Assembly (NCBI GenBank): GCA_963662545.2
Contig: CAXXLL010000003.1
Coordinates: 2,464,001 to 2,528,000 of the forward strand
From: Gammaproteobacteria bacterium
GTDB lineage: Bacteria; Pseudomonadota; Gammaproteobacteria; Ga0077536
Length of the DNA: 64,000 nt
Reading direction: 5' to 3'
Below the pieces are notes generated by a model. It saw only the letters and a list, made by a program, of their open reading frames with translations. It ran no database searches and had not been told where the DNA came from. A program made the position numbers and the translations under genes. Positions 22,729 to 33,341 of this stretch are shown piece by piece; the stretch's first letter is position 1, and every line of letters starts with the position of its first letter.

Positions 22729-22777
22729 TAGAAGCAGTCTCAAAATTATACGGGGCCGTGTTGCGTCCTGAAATCGG
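22729..22777. repeat. 49-bp inverted repeat, right copy
   Basis: TAGAAGCAGTCTCAAAATTATACGGGGCCG...; partner of 21398-21446. Confidence 0.9.
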
Positions 22778-22784
22778 TGATGGC

Positions 22785-23443
22785 TCTGTCGGGCAAAGTT
22801 GGCGATAGGTCTGCTGCTGCTGGCGGCTGCAGGCGCTGCCGTGGAAGACCAGACCACTTCGGCCGGTCCGGACAGCAGGTCGGCAATCGCCGCATTCGAA
22901 ACCGCGTTGGCGGCGCTGGAACGCGACGGCGGCGCGCAGGATCCCGGGCTGACCGAGCTGCTGATCGGTCTGGCCAGGAGCTACGAAGGGGCACGTCGGG
23001 AGAGCGAGGCGTTGCAGGCGTACCGGCGTGCCTGGCATGTCCAGCGCATCAACGTCGGCCTGCACAACCTGCAGCAGGAACCACTCGTCGATGCGATCAT
23101 CACGCTCGAGGCCAGGCGCCACAACTGGGAAGCCGTGGCGGACAGCCATGACTACCTGCTGTGGCTTTACCGCCGCAACTACAGCGACCACGATCCGCGC
23201 TGGCTGCCTGCGGCGAAACGGCTGCGCCGCTGGCACCTCGACGCCTACCGATTACCCACCGGCCGTGAGTTCAGCGACCACCTGGATGCGCAGATCTGGT
23301 TGTACCGAAAAGCCATCGACATCATCGAGACGCACACCGGTGATCGCAGACTCGCGCAGTGTTTCTGGGATGAACGTTGCGCTTTTCCAGAAACCCTTCC
23401 AGATCGAAACCTGCGTAATTCCAATGAACCTCCCGGGCTTTAA
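22785..23443 (+). CDS. Secreted TPR-like protein, copy 2 (5'-truncated)
   Basis: About 595 bp nearly identical to 17585-18178, with a different 3' end. Confidence 0.7.
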
Positions 23444-24007
23444 CCACTGAGCCCCAATATCCTTTCAACCCACGGATGCCAGGCCGCGCCACAGACAGCC
23501 GCGGACGCGCTCGATTTGAACACGCCGATCTCAAGTCAACGACGCATCTCCACCCAACGGACTCGTCATTCCACCTCCGCCTGACCCACGACAATCTCGC
23601 TTCCAGCTTCGTCCCAGGCCTTCGCTTCACAACTGATTAATCGACACATGGGCTTTGTTTTTCTTATACGTCCCGTCACCCGAGCGGCATACTTTTCTGC
23701 ACGTTCAATGTTGGAATGCGTATCGTAACGTTAAACAACGATTTGGCATGGTGACCCTGCCCGGAATTCCTGGTCCAGATCTAAAGTGATAAAAAGATGA
23801 AAAGAGGTGTCAACGGCGGAGCAAAATTAGTCCACCCGGGCGGAGCAAAACCAGTCCACTTAACGTTATGCGGTACGCAGTGTTGGGGGGTTGTCCCGGT
23901 AGTCCATAGGAGGGACCCGCGCTGCTTCGTGTAGCGCTTGCGTTACGCGGAGCGAAGCAGCGTGGGAGGTTCCTGTGGACCCACCGGGTCAACCTTGAGT
24001 TCGGTGG

Positions 24008-24777
24008 TCAAGCAGGCGTATTTGGGGATTTCCGCCGTTTTTGGCTTTGGTTGAGACGATAGCTCTCGCCGTTCATTTCCAGGATATGGACAGGGTGGGT
24101 CAGGCGGTCCAGCAAAGCCCCGGTCAGACGTTCCGAGCCGAATATCTCCGTCCACTCATCGAACGGCAAGTTGGAGGTCACCATGATCGAGCCCCGCCCG
24201 TAGCGCTGGCTGAAGACTTCGAACAGCAGCTCGGCGCCGGTCTTCGAGAGCGGCACGAAGCCGAGTTCGTCGATGATCAGAAGGTGATACTTTGCCAGTT
24301 GCTTCTGCAGGCGCAACAGGCGTTTTTCATCCCTGGCCTCCATCAGTTCATGAACCAGGGCGGCGGCCGTGATGAAGCCGACGGAGAGCCCCTTTTGGCA
24401 GGCCGCCAGACCGAGACCGAGGGCGATATGGGTCTTGCCGGTTCCGCTGTTGCCGAGCGCGATGATATTCTCACGACGCTCTACGTATTCGCATCGCGCC
24501 AACTCCAGAACCAGCATCTTGTTGAGCGAGGCGATGGCCTTGAAGTCGAAGCTGTCGAGGCTTTTGACGGCGGGGAACCTGGCCTGTCTGCTCCGCCGCT
24601 CGACCATGCGGCGCTCACGGTCGATCAGTTCCAACCCGGTCAGACGGACAAGATACCGCACAGGGTCGGCGCCCCGGTGGCGCATTGGCGGGCCAGCTTG
24701 TCGTATTCGCGCAGGAACGTCGGCAGTTTCAGGGTCTTGAGGTGATGGGCCAGCAACACTTGCGGCGTATCGGTCAT
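24008..24777 (-). pseudogene. istB: IS21 helper ATPase IstB with 1-nt deletion near 24675
   Basis: GNSGTGKT Walker A and LIIDELGF Walker B; lacks one base relative to the copy at 45100. Confidence 0.88.
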
Positions 24778-26288
24778 GACGCGCCTCCACCCAACAAGCT
24801 CATATAACTGGCGGCGGCCGTGGTCGCCACGTTGGCCCGAGGCAGGTAGGGATAGATATCCAGGTCGAGTTTGGGCGGGCGTCGCTCGATACGGCACAGC
24901 ACAAGGTGTTTGACGGCGTCGTAGCCGATCGCGCCCAGGCGCAGGGCGTCCTTCACCGCGCCGTGAAGCACCTCGAGATCGAAGGTCTCCAGAAGCCGAA
25001 GGACCTGGACGTATTCCCGCTTGCCGGCCTTGCCCATGCGCGCCTCCAGGAGACGGCGCAGGGTTGGGAAGGCATCAGGCAGTTCCCATCCGGCTAGCGG
25101 CGCGGCCTGATCCAGGGCACCGATCCTGTGCTCCAGCAAAGGCAGGTAGTGGATCGGATCGAAGACCCTATCTTCCCGGTCGCAGGAACGGGGGTGTCGG
25201 GCAATGATCCCGGCGCCGCAACCGATAACCACCTCGTGGACATAGCCACGGATCCAGACTTCCTGATGGCCGTAGGCGACGGGCACGGAATAGTCATTCG
25301 TCCGGTAGCGCACCAGGGACAGCGAGTTGACCCGCGTGCCCTGCCTGTCGCACGCGTCGAACGGTGCCGGCAGTGGCCTCTTCAACGCTTCGCGGTCACG
25401 CACAAACCGTTCGCCGATGCTCTCGCGGTGGCCGCGCAGGACGTCGTCTTGCCGTTTGCGGCATTGTTCCTCCAGGTAAGCGTTGAAGGCGTCCCAGCTC
25501 GCGAACCGGGGAAGCGGCGTCATGAAGTTCCGTCGGGCGTAGCCAACCACCCCCTCAACATTGCCTTTGTCGTTGCCCTTGCCGGGACGGCCGTAACGGT
25601 CCTCGAAGAGGTAATGGGACTGCAGTCCGCTGAACGCTCGCGTTCGTTGTCGCGTGCCATCCGGCAAGATGCGCGACACCAGGCACTTGTCGTTGTCGTA
25701 GAGAATCGATCGGGGAACACCGCCGAAGAAGGCGAAGGTTCTGTTGTGCCCGTCCAGCCAGGCCTCCGTCGTCGCTGACGGGTAGGCCGCAACGAAGCAG
25801 GCATCGCTGTGGGGAAGTGTCATGACGAAAAAATGCGCCCGATACCTGACGCCGGCGATGATCGCATCCGCCTCGCCAAAGTCCGCTTGAGCATGGCCCG
25901 GAGGATGTGACAACGGCACAAACATCTCACGCCGACGAAGGCGCCGTTCCCGAACGTAATCCTTCACGATGGTCTCTTTGCCCGTGAAGCCATGTTCGTC
26001 GCGAAGGCGCTCGAATATACGCTTCGCCGTGTGGTGCTGCTTACGGTGAACCGTTCGGTCCTCCTCCAGAATACGGTCGATGATATCCGTGAAGGGGGCC
26101 CGTTTCGGGCGTTTCGGTGGCTGGCGTCGCCGATATCCCGGCGGTTCCGAATGCCGCAGCATCTTCCTCACCGTCTCGCGCGCAATGCCAAACCGACTTG
26201 CCGCCTCTCGCTGGCTCAGACCATCAACATGGCAGGCCAGCCGAACGCGCAGATATAGGTCCACGGTGTACATCCTCCCGCCTTCCAT
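24774..26288 (-). CDS. istA: IS21 transposase IstA
   Basis: 504 aa; QADFGE, LYDND and KGNVEGVVGY motifs. Confidence 0.95.
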   Translation of the reverse strand: MEGGRMYTVDLYLRVRLACHVDGLSQREAASRFGIARETVRKMLRHSEPPGYRRRQPPKRPKRAPFTDIIDRILEEDRTVHRKQHHTAKRIFERLRDEHGFTGKETIVKDYVRERRLRRREMFVPLSHPPGHAQADFGEADAIIAGVRYRAHFFVMTLPHSDACFVAAYPSATTEAWLDGHNRTFAFFGGVPRSILYDNDKCLVSRILPDGTRQRTRAFSGLQSHYLFEDRYGRPGKGNDKGNVEGVVGYARRNFMTPLPRFASWDAFNAYLEEQCRKRQDDVLRGHRESIGERFVRDREALKRPLPAPFDACDRQGTRVNSLSLVRYRTNDYSVPVAYGHQEVWIRGYVHEVVIGCGAGIIARHPRSCDREDRVFDPIHYLPLLEHRIGALDQAAPLAGWELPDAFPTLRRLLEARMGKAGKREYVQVLRLLETFDLEVLHGAVKDALRLGAIGYDAVKHLVLCRIERRPPKLDLDIYPYLPRANVATTAAASYMSLLGGGAS

Positions 26289-26387
26289 CTCAAAAAAGAT
26301 CGAAGGCTACAGGTGGCAGAGTTTTACTCCGCCCGCGGCTGGGAAATCCCGCCGCTTCCGTGGACTAATTTGTCACCGCCGTTCTCA

Positions 26388-27277
26388 CTCGCGAACCGGG
26401 GAAGCGGCGTCATGAAGTTCCGTCGGGCGTAGCCAACCACCCCCTCAACATTGCCTTTGTCGTTGCCCTTGCCGGGACGGCCGTAACGGTCCTCGAAGAG
26501 GTAATGGGACTGCAGTCCGCTGAACGCTCGCGTTCGTTGTCGCGTGCCATCCGGCAAGATGCGCGACACCAGGCACTTGTCGTTGTCGTAGAGAATCGAT
26601 CGGGGAACACCGCCGAAGAAGGCGAAGGTTCTGTTGTGCCCGTCCAGCCAGGCCTCCGTCGTCGCTGACGGGTAGGCCGCAACGAAGCAGGCATCGCTGT
26701 GGGGAAGTGTCATGACGAAAAAATGCGCCCGATACTTGACGCCGGCGATGATCGCATCCGCCTCGCCAAAGTCCGCTTGAGCATGGCCCGGAGGATGTGA
26801 CAACGGCACAAACATCTCACGCCGACGAAGGCGCCGTTCCCGAACGTAATCCTTCACGATGGTCTCTTTGCCCGTGAAGCCATGTTCGTCGCGAAGGCGC
26901 TCGAATATACGCTTCGCCGTGTGGTGCTGCTTACGGTGAACCGTTCGGTCCTCCTCCAGAATACGGTCGATGATATCCGTGAAGGGGGCCAGTTTCGGGC
27001 GTTTCGGTGGCTGGCGTCGCCGATATCCCGGCGGTTCCGAATGCCGCAGCATCTTCCTCACCGTCTCGCGCGCAATGCCAAACCGACTTGCCGCCTCTCG
27101 CTGGCTCAGACCATCAACATGGCAGGCCAGCCGAACGCGCAGATATAGGTCCACGGTGTACATCCTCCCGCCTTCCATCTCAAAAAAGATCGAAGGCTAC
27201 AGGTGGCAGAGTTTTACTCCGCCCGCGGCTGGGAAATCCCGCCGCTTCCGTGGACTAATTTGTCACCGCCGTTCTCA
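26388..27277 (-). mobile_element. istA: IS21 copy 2, left end plus truncated istA
   Basis: Same left end and first ~270 codons, cut by the end of copy 1. Confidence 0.92.
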
Positions 27278-27438
27278 GAAACCGGCGCCTGTGTGGAATT
27301 GTATAAGTGCACCCGTCCATCTGCGTCCCCGATGATGTTTCGGTCTAACCAATTCCATGACCACATCCCGGCTCCGATCAACAACAGCCAATAGATGAGA
27401 GACCCCAAAGTCGTGCTCTGCTGATTCGTGGTCGCCAT
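27278..27438 (-). pseudogene. Small membrane protein truncated by IS21
   Basis: Hydrophobic LIYWLLLIGAGMWSW; the frame runs into the IS end. Confidence 0.45.
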
Positions 27439-27584
27439 ACCGCAGGCCCATCGTAATCTACCTGTTCCGGTATCGGTCTATTTCGGCGCTACTTGAGGCG
27501 GGCGGGGGGAAACGGGTTAGTTTAGTTATTCTTTATACCTTAGCTTCGAGAGAAGGATTAAACCAGACCCCACATAAATGCAGA

Positions 27585-27650
27585 TGGCGAAAGAGGCGGG
27601 AGTCGAACCCGCCAGACACACCTTCGTGCGTCTCACCGGATTTGAAGTCC
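27585..27650 (-). tRNA. selC: tRNA-Sec 3' fragment (att scar, not a full gene)
   Basis: Minus strand GGACTTCAAATCC (TCA anticodon), long variable arm, GGTTCGACTCC, ends CGCCA; the 5' half is absent. Confidence 0.85.
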
Positions 27651-27859
27651 TCGTCTTTCGATAAACCGCAACGATCTACAACACCTCACAGCAAATCATT
27701 CAGTGACTTAATTCGCAATCGTTGTCGCCTTTCGTTGTCAGTATTTGTGACCGTTTGTATTCAAGTGTCCCATGAGTGTCCCACGGCTACCACGCGGATT
27801 CGGCACACCCCCTCCCCCTACAGCGACGAGGCTTTTGCCCCAGTTGCGGTGCTTAGGCA

Positions 27860-28592
27860 ACATGGCTGAGAGTGCGGCGCTGCTGGTGGACGAGGTCTTT
27901 CCCGAACAGCCAGTACGTCAATGGGTGCTGAGCTTTCCGTATCCATTGCGTTTTTTGTTTGCCAGCCGTCCAGCAATCATGGGCCACGTGCTCGGCATCG
28001 TTTACCGCTGCATTGCCACGCACTTGACTAGTAAGGCGGGGTATTCCTGCACAGTAGCCCGCACTGGCGCGGTCACGTTGATCCAGCGGTTCGGAAGTGC
28101 GTTGAACCTCAATCTTCATTTTCACATGCTCTTTCTTGATGGTGTCTACGTTGATAGCGCAACTGGATCGAGCACCCGATTTCGCTGGGTGAAGGCGCCG
28201 ACGGGTGCTGAGCTGACCCGCCTGACGCACACCATCGCTCAGCGCGTCGGGCGCTTGGATGCGCGCCATCCTTGGCGCGCCCCCTTCGGGCGCACTGCGT
28301 GCGTCCAAATTCACTCCAGGTGAATTTGTCTGGAACGCCAGGGGCTGCTGGTACGTGATGCCGAGAACAGCTATCTGTGCGCGGAGGCCATGGACGTGGG
28401 GTCGTTCGATGAACTCCTGGGTCACTCGATCACGTATCGCATCGCGGTGGGCCCGCACGCCGGCCGTAAGTTGTTCACCCTACAGACACTGCCGGACTGC
28501 AATGACCCGTTCGTTGACCAGGTGGGCAAGGTGGCCGGCTTCTCGCTGCATGCTGGTGTCGCAGCGAGGGCGGACGAACGCAAGAAGTTAGC
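27860..28592 (+). mobile_element. IS91/ISCR transposase internal fragment
   Basis: [24 protein letters not shown]...NLHFHML (HUH)...AGFSLHAGV. Confidence 0.92.
28257..28328 (+). repeat. 72-bp multi-hairpin insertion element, copy 3
   Basis: Removal restores VGRF-LERQG; CCCTTCGGG hairpin and terminal CAAATTCAC...GTGAATTTG stem. Confidence 0.85.
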
Positions 28593-28892
28593 GTGTTGTT
28601 CGAGATAGGTCCGGATGACTTCGGGGATCTCCCTGCCACCATTCGATGATTCACCTTCTATCGCCGCCGCGAATTCCTGTTGTACGGCTGGGGGTTCCTC
28701 GCCATCTATCGGGGCCACCGGTACCTGTTTGGCGAGTTCACCCAACGTCGGCTCCTCAGCATATTTCGTTTTGAGCGCGATATAGAGGTTCCAACACACA
28801 AAGAAAATCGCCGAAGCTATACCGAGTAAAGGAATCACAATAAACAGCGCAGGCCAAAGATTCATATCCCAGGTTGCCATGAATGATCGCAT
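28593..28892 (-). pseudogene. Membrane protein fragment truncated by the IS91 remnant
   Basis: N-terminal transmembrane segment LWPALFIVIPLLGIASAIFFVC; lower GC. Confidence 0.45.
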
Positions 28893-28931
28893 CAGTGTGA
28901 TTTCGGATACCGCATCGAAAAGGTGAGATAT

Positions 28932-28972
28932 AAGGTGACGGAGGGATTAAACTTTAATCCCTCCGTCACCTT
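28932..28972. repeat. Perfect 20-bp inverted repeat (REP-like doublet)
   Basis: AAGGTGACGGAGGGATTAAA-C-TTTAATCCCTCCGTCACCTT. Confidence 0.85.
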
Positions 28973-28979
28973 TATGCGC

Positions 28980-29180
28980 CGCAACGCATGCAGTAGTTGC
29001 CGAGGGTCGCCGTCGTGCCACCGGCCGGAACCGTCGAAAAATTGCCCTGAAGTGCCGGATCTCTCCGGGCTCAAGCGCGCATTTCAGGCCCGCACCGCGT
29101 CGAAACGCCGGTTGACGACAGTTTGATGGTATGACGATACTCAATGGCATCGCGGGAAAGGGCATTTGTTCGTCTTGTAC
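28980..29180 (+). mobile_element. ISCR 3' non-coding region with oriIS-like end
   Basis: About 200 bp closely similar to 40946-41146, which directly follows an IS91 transposase remnant. Confidence 0.8.
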
Positions 29181-29229
29181 TCACCCATACGCCTATAATA
29201 AAAGTTACACATTGCTGAGGAGGATGTGA

Positions 29230-29876
29230 GTGGCCACCTCGACCTACCCCAGGCGCTGGCTTTCGCCTGCGCTCCTCGCGATGTCTGCATTGGTCCTCCA
29301 CGCTGGAATCGTGCCCGACAGTCGGGCCGCGCCACTGGAAATGACGCCGATGTCGCTCAACTACTCCTTTGGCACTCCGGTGCTCGGTTTGTTGACGGTC
29401 GAGCTGATTGCCGGCGACACCTTGCCGGCGACACCTTACCCGCGCCCGAGGTTACGCTGCGCCACAGCGTCACGAACCCCATCTTCGGGACGTCCGGCGT
29501 CAGGTTTGTGTACGACTTCGACGTGGACGTGACCGGCGTCAGTGCATTCCTCGTCCAAGATCCCGATCTGCATCCGCTGACCGGAACCATCCTGAATGCC
29601 CCGCCCTAGATAAACATCGATGACGACGCGGTGTTCGATTTCAGCTGCGCGAATCTAGCGGGCCTAACTTGCATCATGGACCTGACCATCGAACTCGCCG
29701 GGACTCCGATCTCGGCCTCGATAGGGCGGGACGGCGTTGGTGGCAATAACTGGGTACCCACGCCGCAGCTCGTCACGTTTGCAGTCGTGCCACTGCCGGG
29801 CGCGCTGCTGCTGTTCGCGTCCGCCATGGGTGTGACGGCGCTGCGCGCGACGGCGTCTCGCGGTCGCCAGACGTAA
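29230..29876 (+). pseudogene. VPLPA-CTERM (exosortase-sorted) surface protein, disrupted
   Basis: Signal peptide and C-terminal VPLPGALLLFASAMG...R-rich tail; 14-bp tandem duplication at 29408-29435 and in-frame TAG at 29607. Confidence 0.75.
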
Positions 29877-30008
29877 TATCGCTCTTCAACAGCTAAAGGT
29901 GTCAGGTTCTGAGTAATCCCCACGAAAAGTTGATCAAAAACAGAAGCTTGCAGTGATTAGGGAACATGCATAGCGCCGACTGATCAGACGCGTTCTCTCC
30001 GCGGCTCT

Positions 30009-30860
30009 TCAGGAGGCCGCGGCCGCTGTCGCCGTTCGGGCGTGGCGGTTGAAGAAGTCGATGACAACTCGATTGTGCTCCACGGTTCCATCGAAGATCG
30101 TCGAGTGTCCCGAGCCGGCGATGACGTGCTTTTCGGCGTTTTTGATTCCAGCGTAGACCGCCTCCTGGCCGGCACCCTCGGGTCCTTGATCCCACGGCGT
30201 CATGATGTCCTCGTCGCCACCGAGGATAAGGGCGGGGGAGCTTATCTTTGGAAGCCATCCCCGAAGGTCCATGTCGCCCATCGCCTGGCACGCTGCGGAG
30301 AAGACCTCAATCCTGTTTGAATCGCGGAGAATCTGCTGAATGAGATCCACGATCCCCTCGGCCTCCGGTGTTTCGAGGAAACGCTTCGACACCGCCTGCC
30401 AGGCGATCAGCTCCGCCAGCGTACGGCTCCCGGGGCCGTCCATGCGCGCGAGGTCGATCCAGTTGTTGAAAATCAGCCTCCCTGCCCGGCCAAGCTTGGC
30501 CGCGCCGCAGTTGATCACGACCGACGTCGTCCGGTCGGGGTACTTGCCGGCAAAGACGATCGCGATCATGCCGCCCATGGACGTGCCGTGGATATGAGCC
30601 TGCTCGATGTCGAGGGCGTCCATGAGTCCCGCCAGGTCGTCGGCCCAGACCTCCATGTCGTAATCCTGAATCGGCCGGTCTGACAGCCCGTAGCCACGCA
30701 TGTCGTAGTCAACGACTTTGAAGTGCTTCGAGATTTCGGGCGTCGCCGGGTCGAGGTTGAAGTGGCCGAAGCCTGCGCCGTGGATCTGCATCACGGGCTC
30801 CCCGTCGCCCGTAATTCGGTACCAGAGATTGACGCCGTTAACGAGAGCCTTGCTCTCCAT
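30009..30860 (-). CDS. Alpha/beta hydrolase
   Basis: QIHGAGFG, YDMRGYG, GTSMGG and GSGHST motifs; paralog of 39058-39888. Confidence 0.92.
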   Translation of the reverse strand: MESKALVNGVNLWYRITGDGEPVMQIHGAGFGHFNLDPATPEISKHFKVVDYDMRGYGLSDRPIQDYDMEVWADDLAGLMDALDIEQAHIHGTSMGGMIAIVFAGKYPDRTTSVVINCGAAKLGRAGRLIFNNWIDLARMDGPGSRTLAELIAWQAVSKRFLETPEAEGIVDLIQQILRDSNRIEVFSAACQAMGDMDLRGWLPKISSPALILGGDEDIMTPWDQGPEGAGQEAVYAGIKNAEKHVIAGSGHSTIFDGTVEHNRVVIDFFNRHARTATAAAAS

Positions 30861-31201
30861 TGCTGCCTCCCTTTTCTCTCCGCCGCGAAGACGCGACTAT
30901 TCCACCGATGTCTGACATTTGCGAGGGTCGTCGTCTCGCCGGTCCGTGTCGCTCAGGCTCGTTTCGGTATGGTAATCTCGAACCGCCGAGCGTCGCGAAT
31001 GACTTCTCCATCGCCCATGGCCGCCACTAACTCGGCTATATTACGAACCAACACTTCAATACGCAAAACTTGTCTCGCCACGGGGTACGCGGAAGATCGA
31101 CAACGCCGAATGCATCGCGGTGATCTTGATCCAAATCCCGCCTACGAGTTGGCGCGCAAACCGGGCTGGGGTAAGATCACCGGAACGTCAATCCGCGAGG
31201 T

Positions 31202-31906
31202 ATGACTCCGATGGGCCATCCAACCGCTGACTTCGATCGTATCCCTTATTCCAATTACCATGATCCGGATATTTACAACGAAGAACTCAAACGTATTTTC
31301 GAAGGGGATACGTGGTCGTTCCTGGGCCTCGAAGCCGAGATTCCGAACCCGGGTGATTTCCGCAGAACCTTCATCGGCGAAACGCCGATCATCTACAACC
31401 GCGATCGTGATGGCAAAATTCACACCTTCGTCAACCGCTGCTCCCACCGCGGCGCCCTGATTCAGCGCGAGAACTTCGGCAATGTGACGAGCCACATCTG
31501 CCTTTACCACAGCTGGGCCTACGACCTTAACGGCGACCTCATCGGCGTTCCTCACAGGAATGGGGTCGGCGGCAGCCCTGGCATGCCCGACGATTTCGAC
31601 ATGACGTGCCACGGGCTCCGAAAGCTCCGTGTTGACAGCATCAACGGCGTCCTGTTCGCAACCTTTTCGGAGAGCGTCGAGACGTTGGAGGACTATCTCG
31701 GCCCGGCCCACGTCGACCACCTTGACCGGCTGTTTCACAAGCCGGTCAAGGTCCTTGGCTATCAGCGGCAATTCGTCAGGAGCAATTGGAAGGCCTATCT
31801 GGAGAACGTGCGCGATCACTATCACGGTGCTTTGCTGCACGGGTTTCAGAGCACGTTTGGAATCAATCGCTCGACCCACGACTGCGGCTCGATGATGGAT
31901 GTGAAG
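31202..31906 (+). pseudogene. Rieske ring-hydroxylating oxygenase alpha subunit, N-terminal half
   Basis: NRCSHRG...CLYHSW Rieske ligands and ENVRDHYH...LH; cut by ISCR-derived sequence. Confidence 0.9.
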
Positions 31907-32002
31907 GCAGATTGGCATCTCGCGCCCCGAAACCGCCCAACGACGGCCTCGCCGACACACTTCTCCGCCTCCCGCCGGTTTCTCGCACAGACGACGTCTT
32001 TG
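31907..32002 (-). mobile_element. ISCR 3' region fragment
   Basis: Matches 34861-34957, just downstream of the intact IS91 transposase. Confidence 0.85.
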
Positions 32003-32124
32003 CATCGCTGGCCGCCCTTCTTCGATTGCTGGGCTATTAGACAACTAGGCGAATTCCGGCGTCGAGCTCATGCTCGAACGGTTACCGTTAAATTCGGCAT
32101 TGGCATCCGAGGGGGGAACTGCTC

Positions 32125-33168
32125 ATGAAACTTATCAACCGCCGCGGCTTTAGCCGCAAGGTCGCAGGACTAACGGCCGGCGCTCTGTCTTCGTCCACGA
32201 TGCTGGCACAGGCTGCTGATACCGGTGTTGCAGCTGAAAGTAATCGGACGAGTAGCGAAAGCGTGGCTGGAAAGAAAATCCTCTGCGCGTTCGGCACCGA
32301 CATAGATTCGGTTGCAGGCCAGATCGGATCATACGCCGGGGGCGACTCGCCGTCCGATATTCAGCGCGGCATCTTTGCCGGAGAGGTAGGCACGATCCGC
32401 CTGCTGAAGCTTTTCAGGAAATACGATTTGAAGACTAGCTTCTTCATTCCGGGTCATTCCATCGAAACGTTTCCCGATGAGACGAAGCGTATCGTCGACG
32501 AGGGCCACGAGATCGGCGCGCACGGTTACCTGCACGAGAATCCGATAGCCATGAACCCGACGCAGGAAGAGGCCGTGCTGGTGAAGTCAATCGAGCTCAT
32601 CGAAAAGGTGAGTGGAAAGAGCCCGCGCGGATACGTCGCACCGTGGTGGGAGATGTCAGAGGCCACGGCAACGCTCCTGCTGAAGCACGGCTTCGTCTAC
32701 GATCACAGCCAGGGCTACCGGGATTTTCAGCCGTTCTACGCGCGAGTGGGCGATTCGTGGAACGTGATCGACTACTCGAAGAGCGCGGGGGAGTGGATGA
32801 GGCCACTCGAGCACGGCACGGAGATCGATCTCGTCGAGATCGGCGCGAACTGGTACGTCGACGATCTGCCACCGATGATGTTCATGAAGAAAGTGCCGAA
32901 CAGCCACGGCTTCGTCAGCCCGCGGGATATCGAGCTCATGTGGCGCGACCAGTTCGACTGGGTCTATCGCGAGATGGACTATGCCGTCTTTCCGTTCACA
33001 ATCCATCCGGGTATCAGTGGCCGGCCACAGGTGCTGCTCATGCTCGAGCGCCTGATCGACTACATCAACGGGCACGAAGGTGTCGAGTGGGTGACCTTCG
33101 AGGACGTGGCGGCGGATTTCCGACGGCGATTTCCATTCGACGGGGAGAAGCGGCCGGAAGTGATCTGA
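32125..33168 (+). CDS. Polysaccharide deacetylase family protein (PuuE/PgdA-like) with Tat-like leader
   Basis: NRRGFS leader; [24 protein letters not shown] and TIHP motifs. Confidence 0.9.
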   Translation: MKLINRRGFSRKVAGLTAGALSSSTMLAQAADTGVAAESNRTSSESVAGKKILCAFGTDIDSVAGQIGSYAGGDSPSDIQRGIFAGEVGTIRLLKLFRKYDLKTSFFIPGHSIETFPDETKRIVDEGHEIGAHGYLHENPIAMNPTQEEAVLVKSIELIEKVSGKSPRGYVAPWWEMSEATATLLLKHGFVYDHSQGYRDFQPFYARVGDSWNVIDYSKSAGEWMRPLEHGTEIDLVEIGANWYVDDLPPMMFMKKVPNSHGFVSPRDIELMWRDQFDWVYREMDYAVFPFTIHPGISGRPQVLLMLERLIDYINGHEGVEWVTFEDVAADFRRRFPFDGEKRPEVI

Positions 33169-33256
33169 GCGGCTGTTATACGGCGCGTGACAAGAGATTC
33201 CAAGGATTCCGGGGACAGTTTACTCATCACTCCGTAACGCTACCTAACGACAATTT

Positions 33257-33300
33257 GGGGTCAGAGTAAAAATTGTCATCAGAATCTTCATTCTGACCCC
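33257..33300. repeat. REP-like inverted repeat
   Basis: GGGGTCAGAGT...ATTCTGACCCC, between convergent genes. Confidence 0.65.
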
Positions 33301-33341
33301 AATTATTTTGCCAAATATTACACCGCGATTTCCGGACGTGC

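Larger units (their letters stand above)
23808..26387 (-). mobile_element. IS21 family element, copy 1
   Basis: Ends TGTCAACGGCGG / CCGCCGTTCTCA with repeated subterminal motifs; contains istA and istB. Confidence 0.95.

Noticed and set aside
23870-24000. Palindrome-rich stretch as an ncRNA
   Set aside because: It is part of the IS21 right-end region and recurs in copy 3
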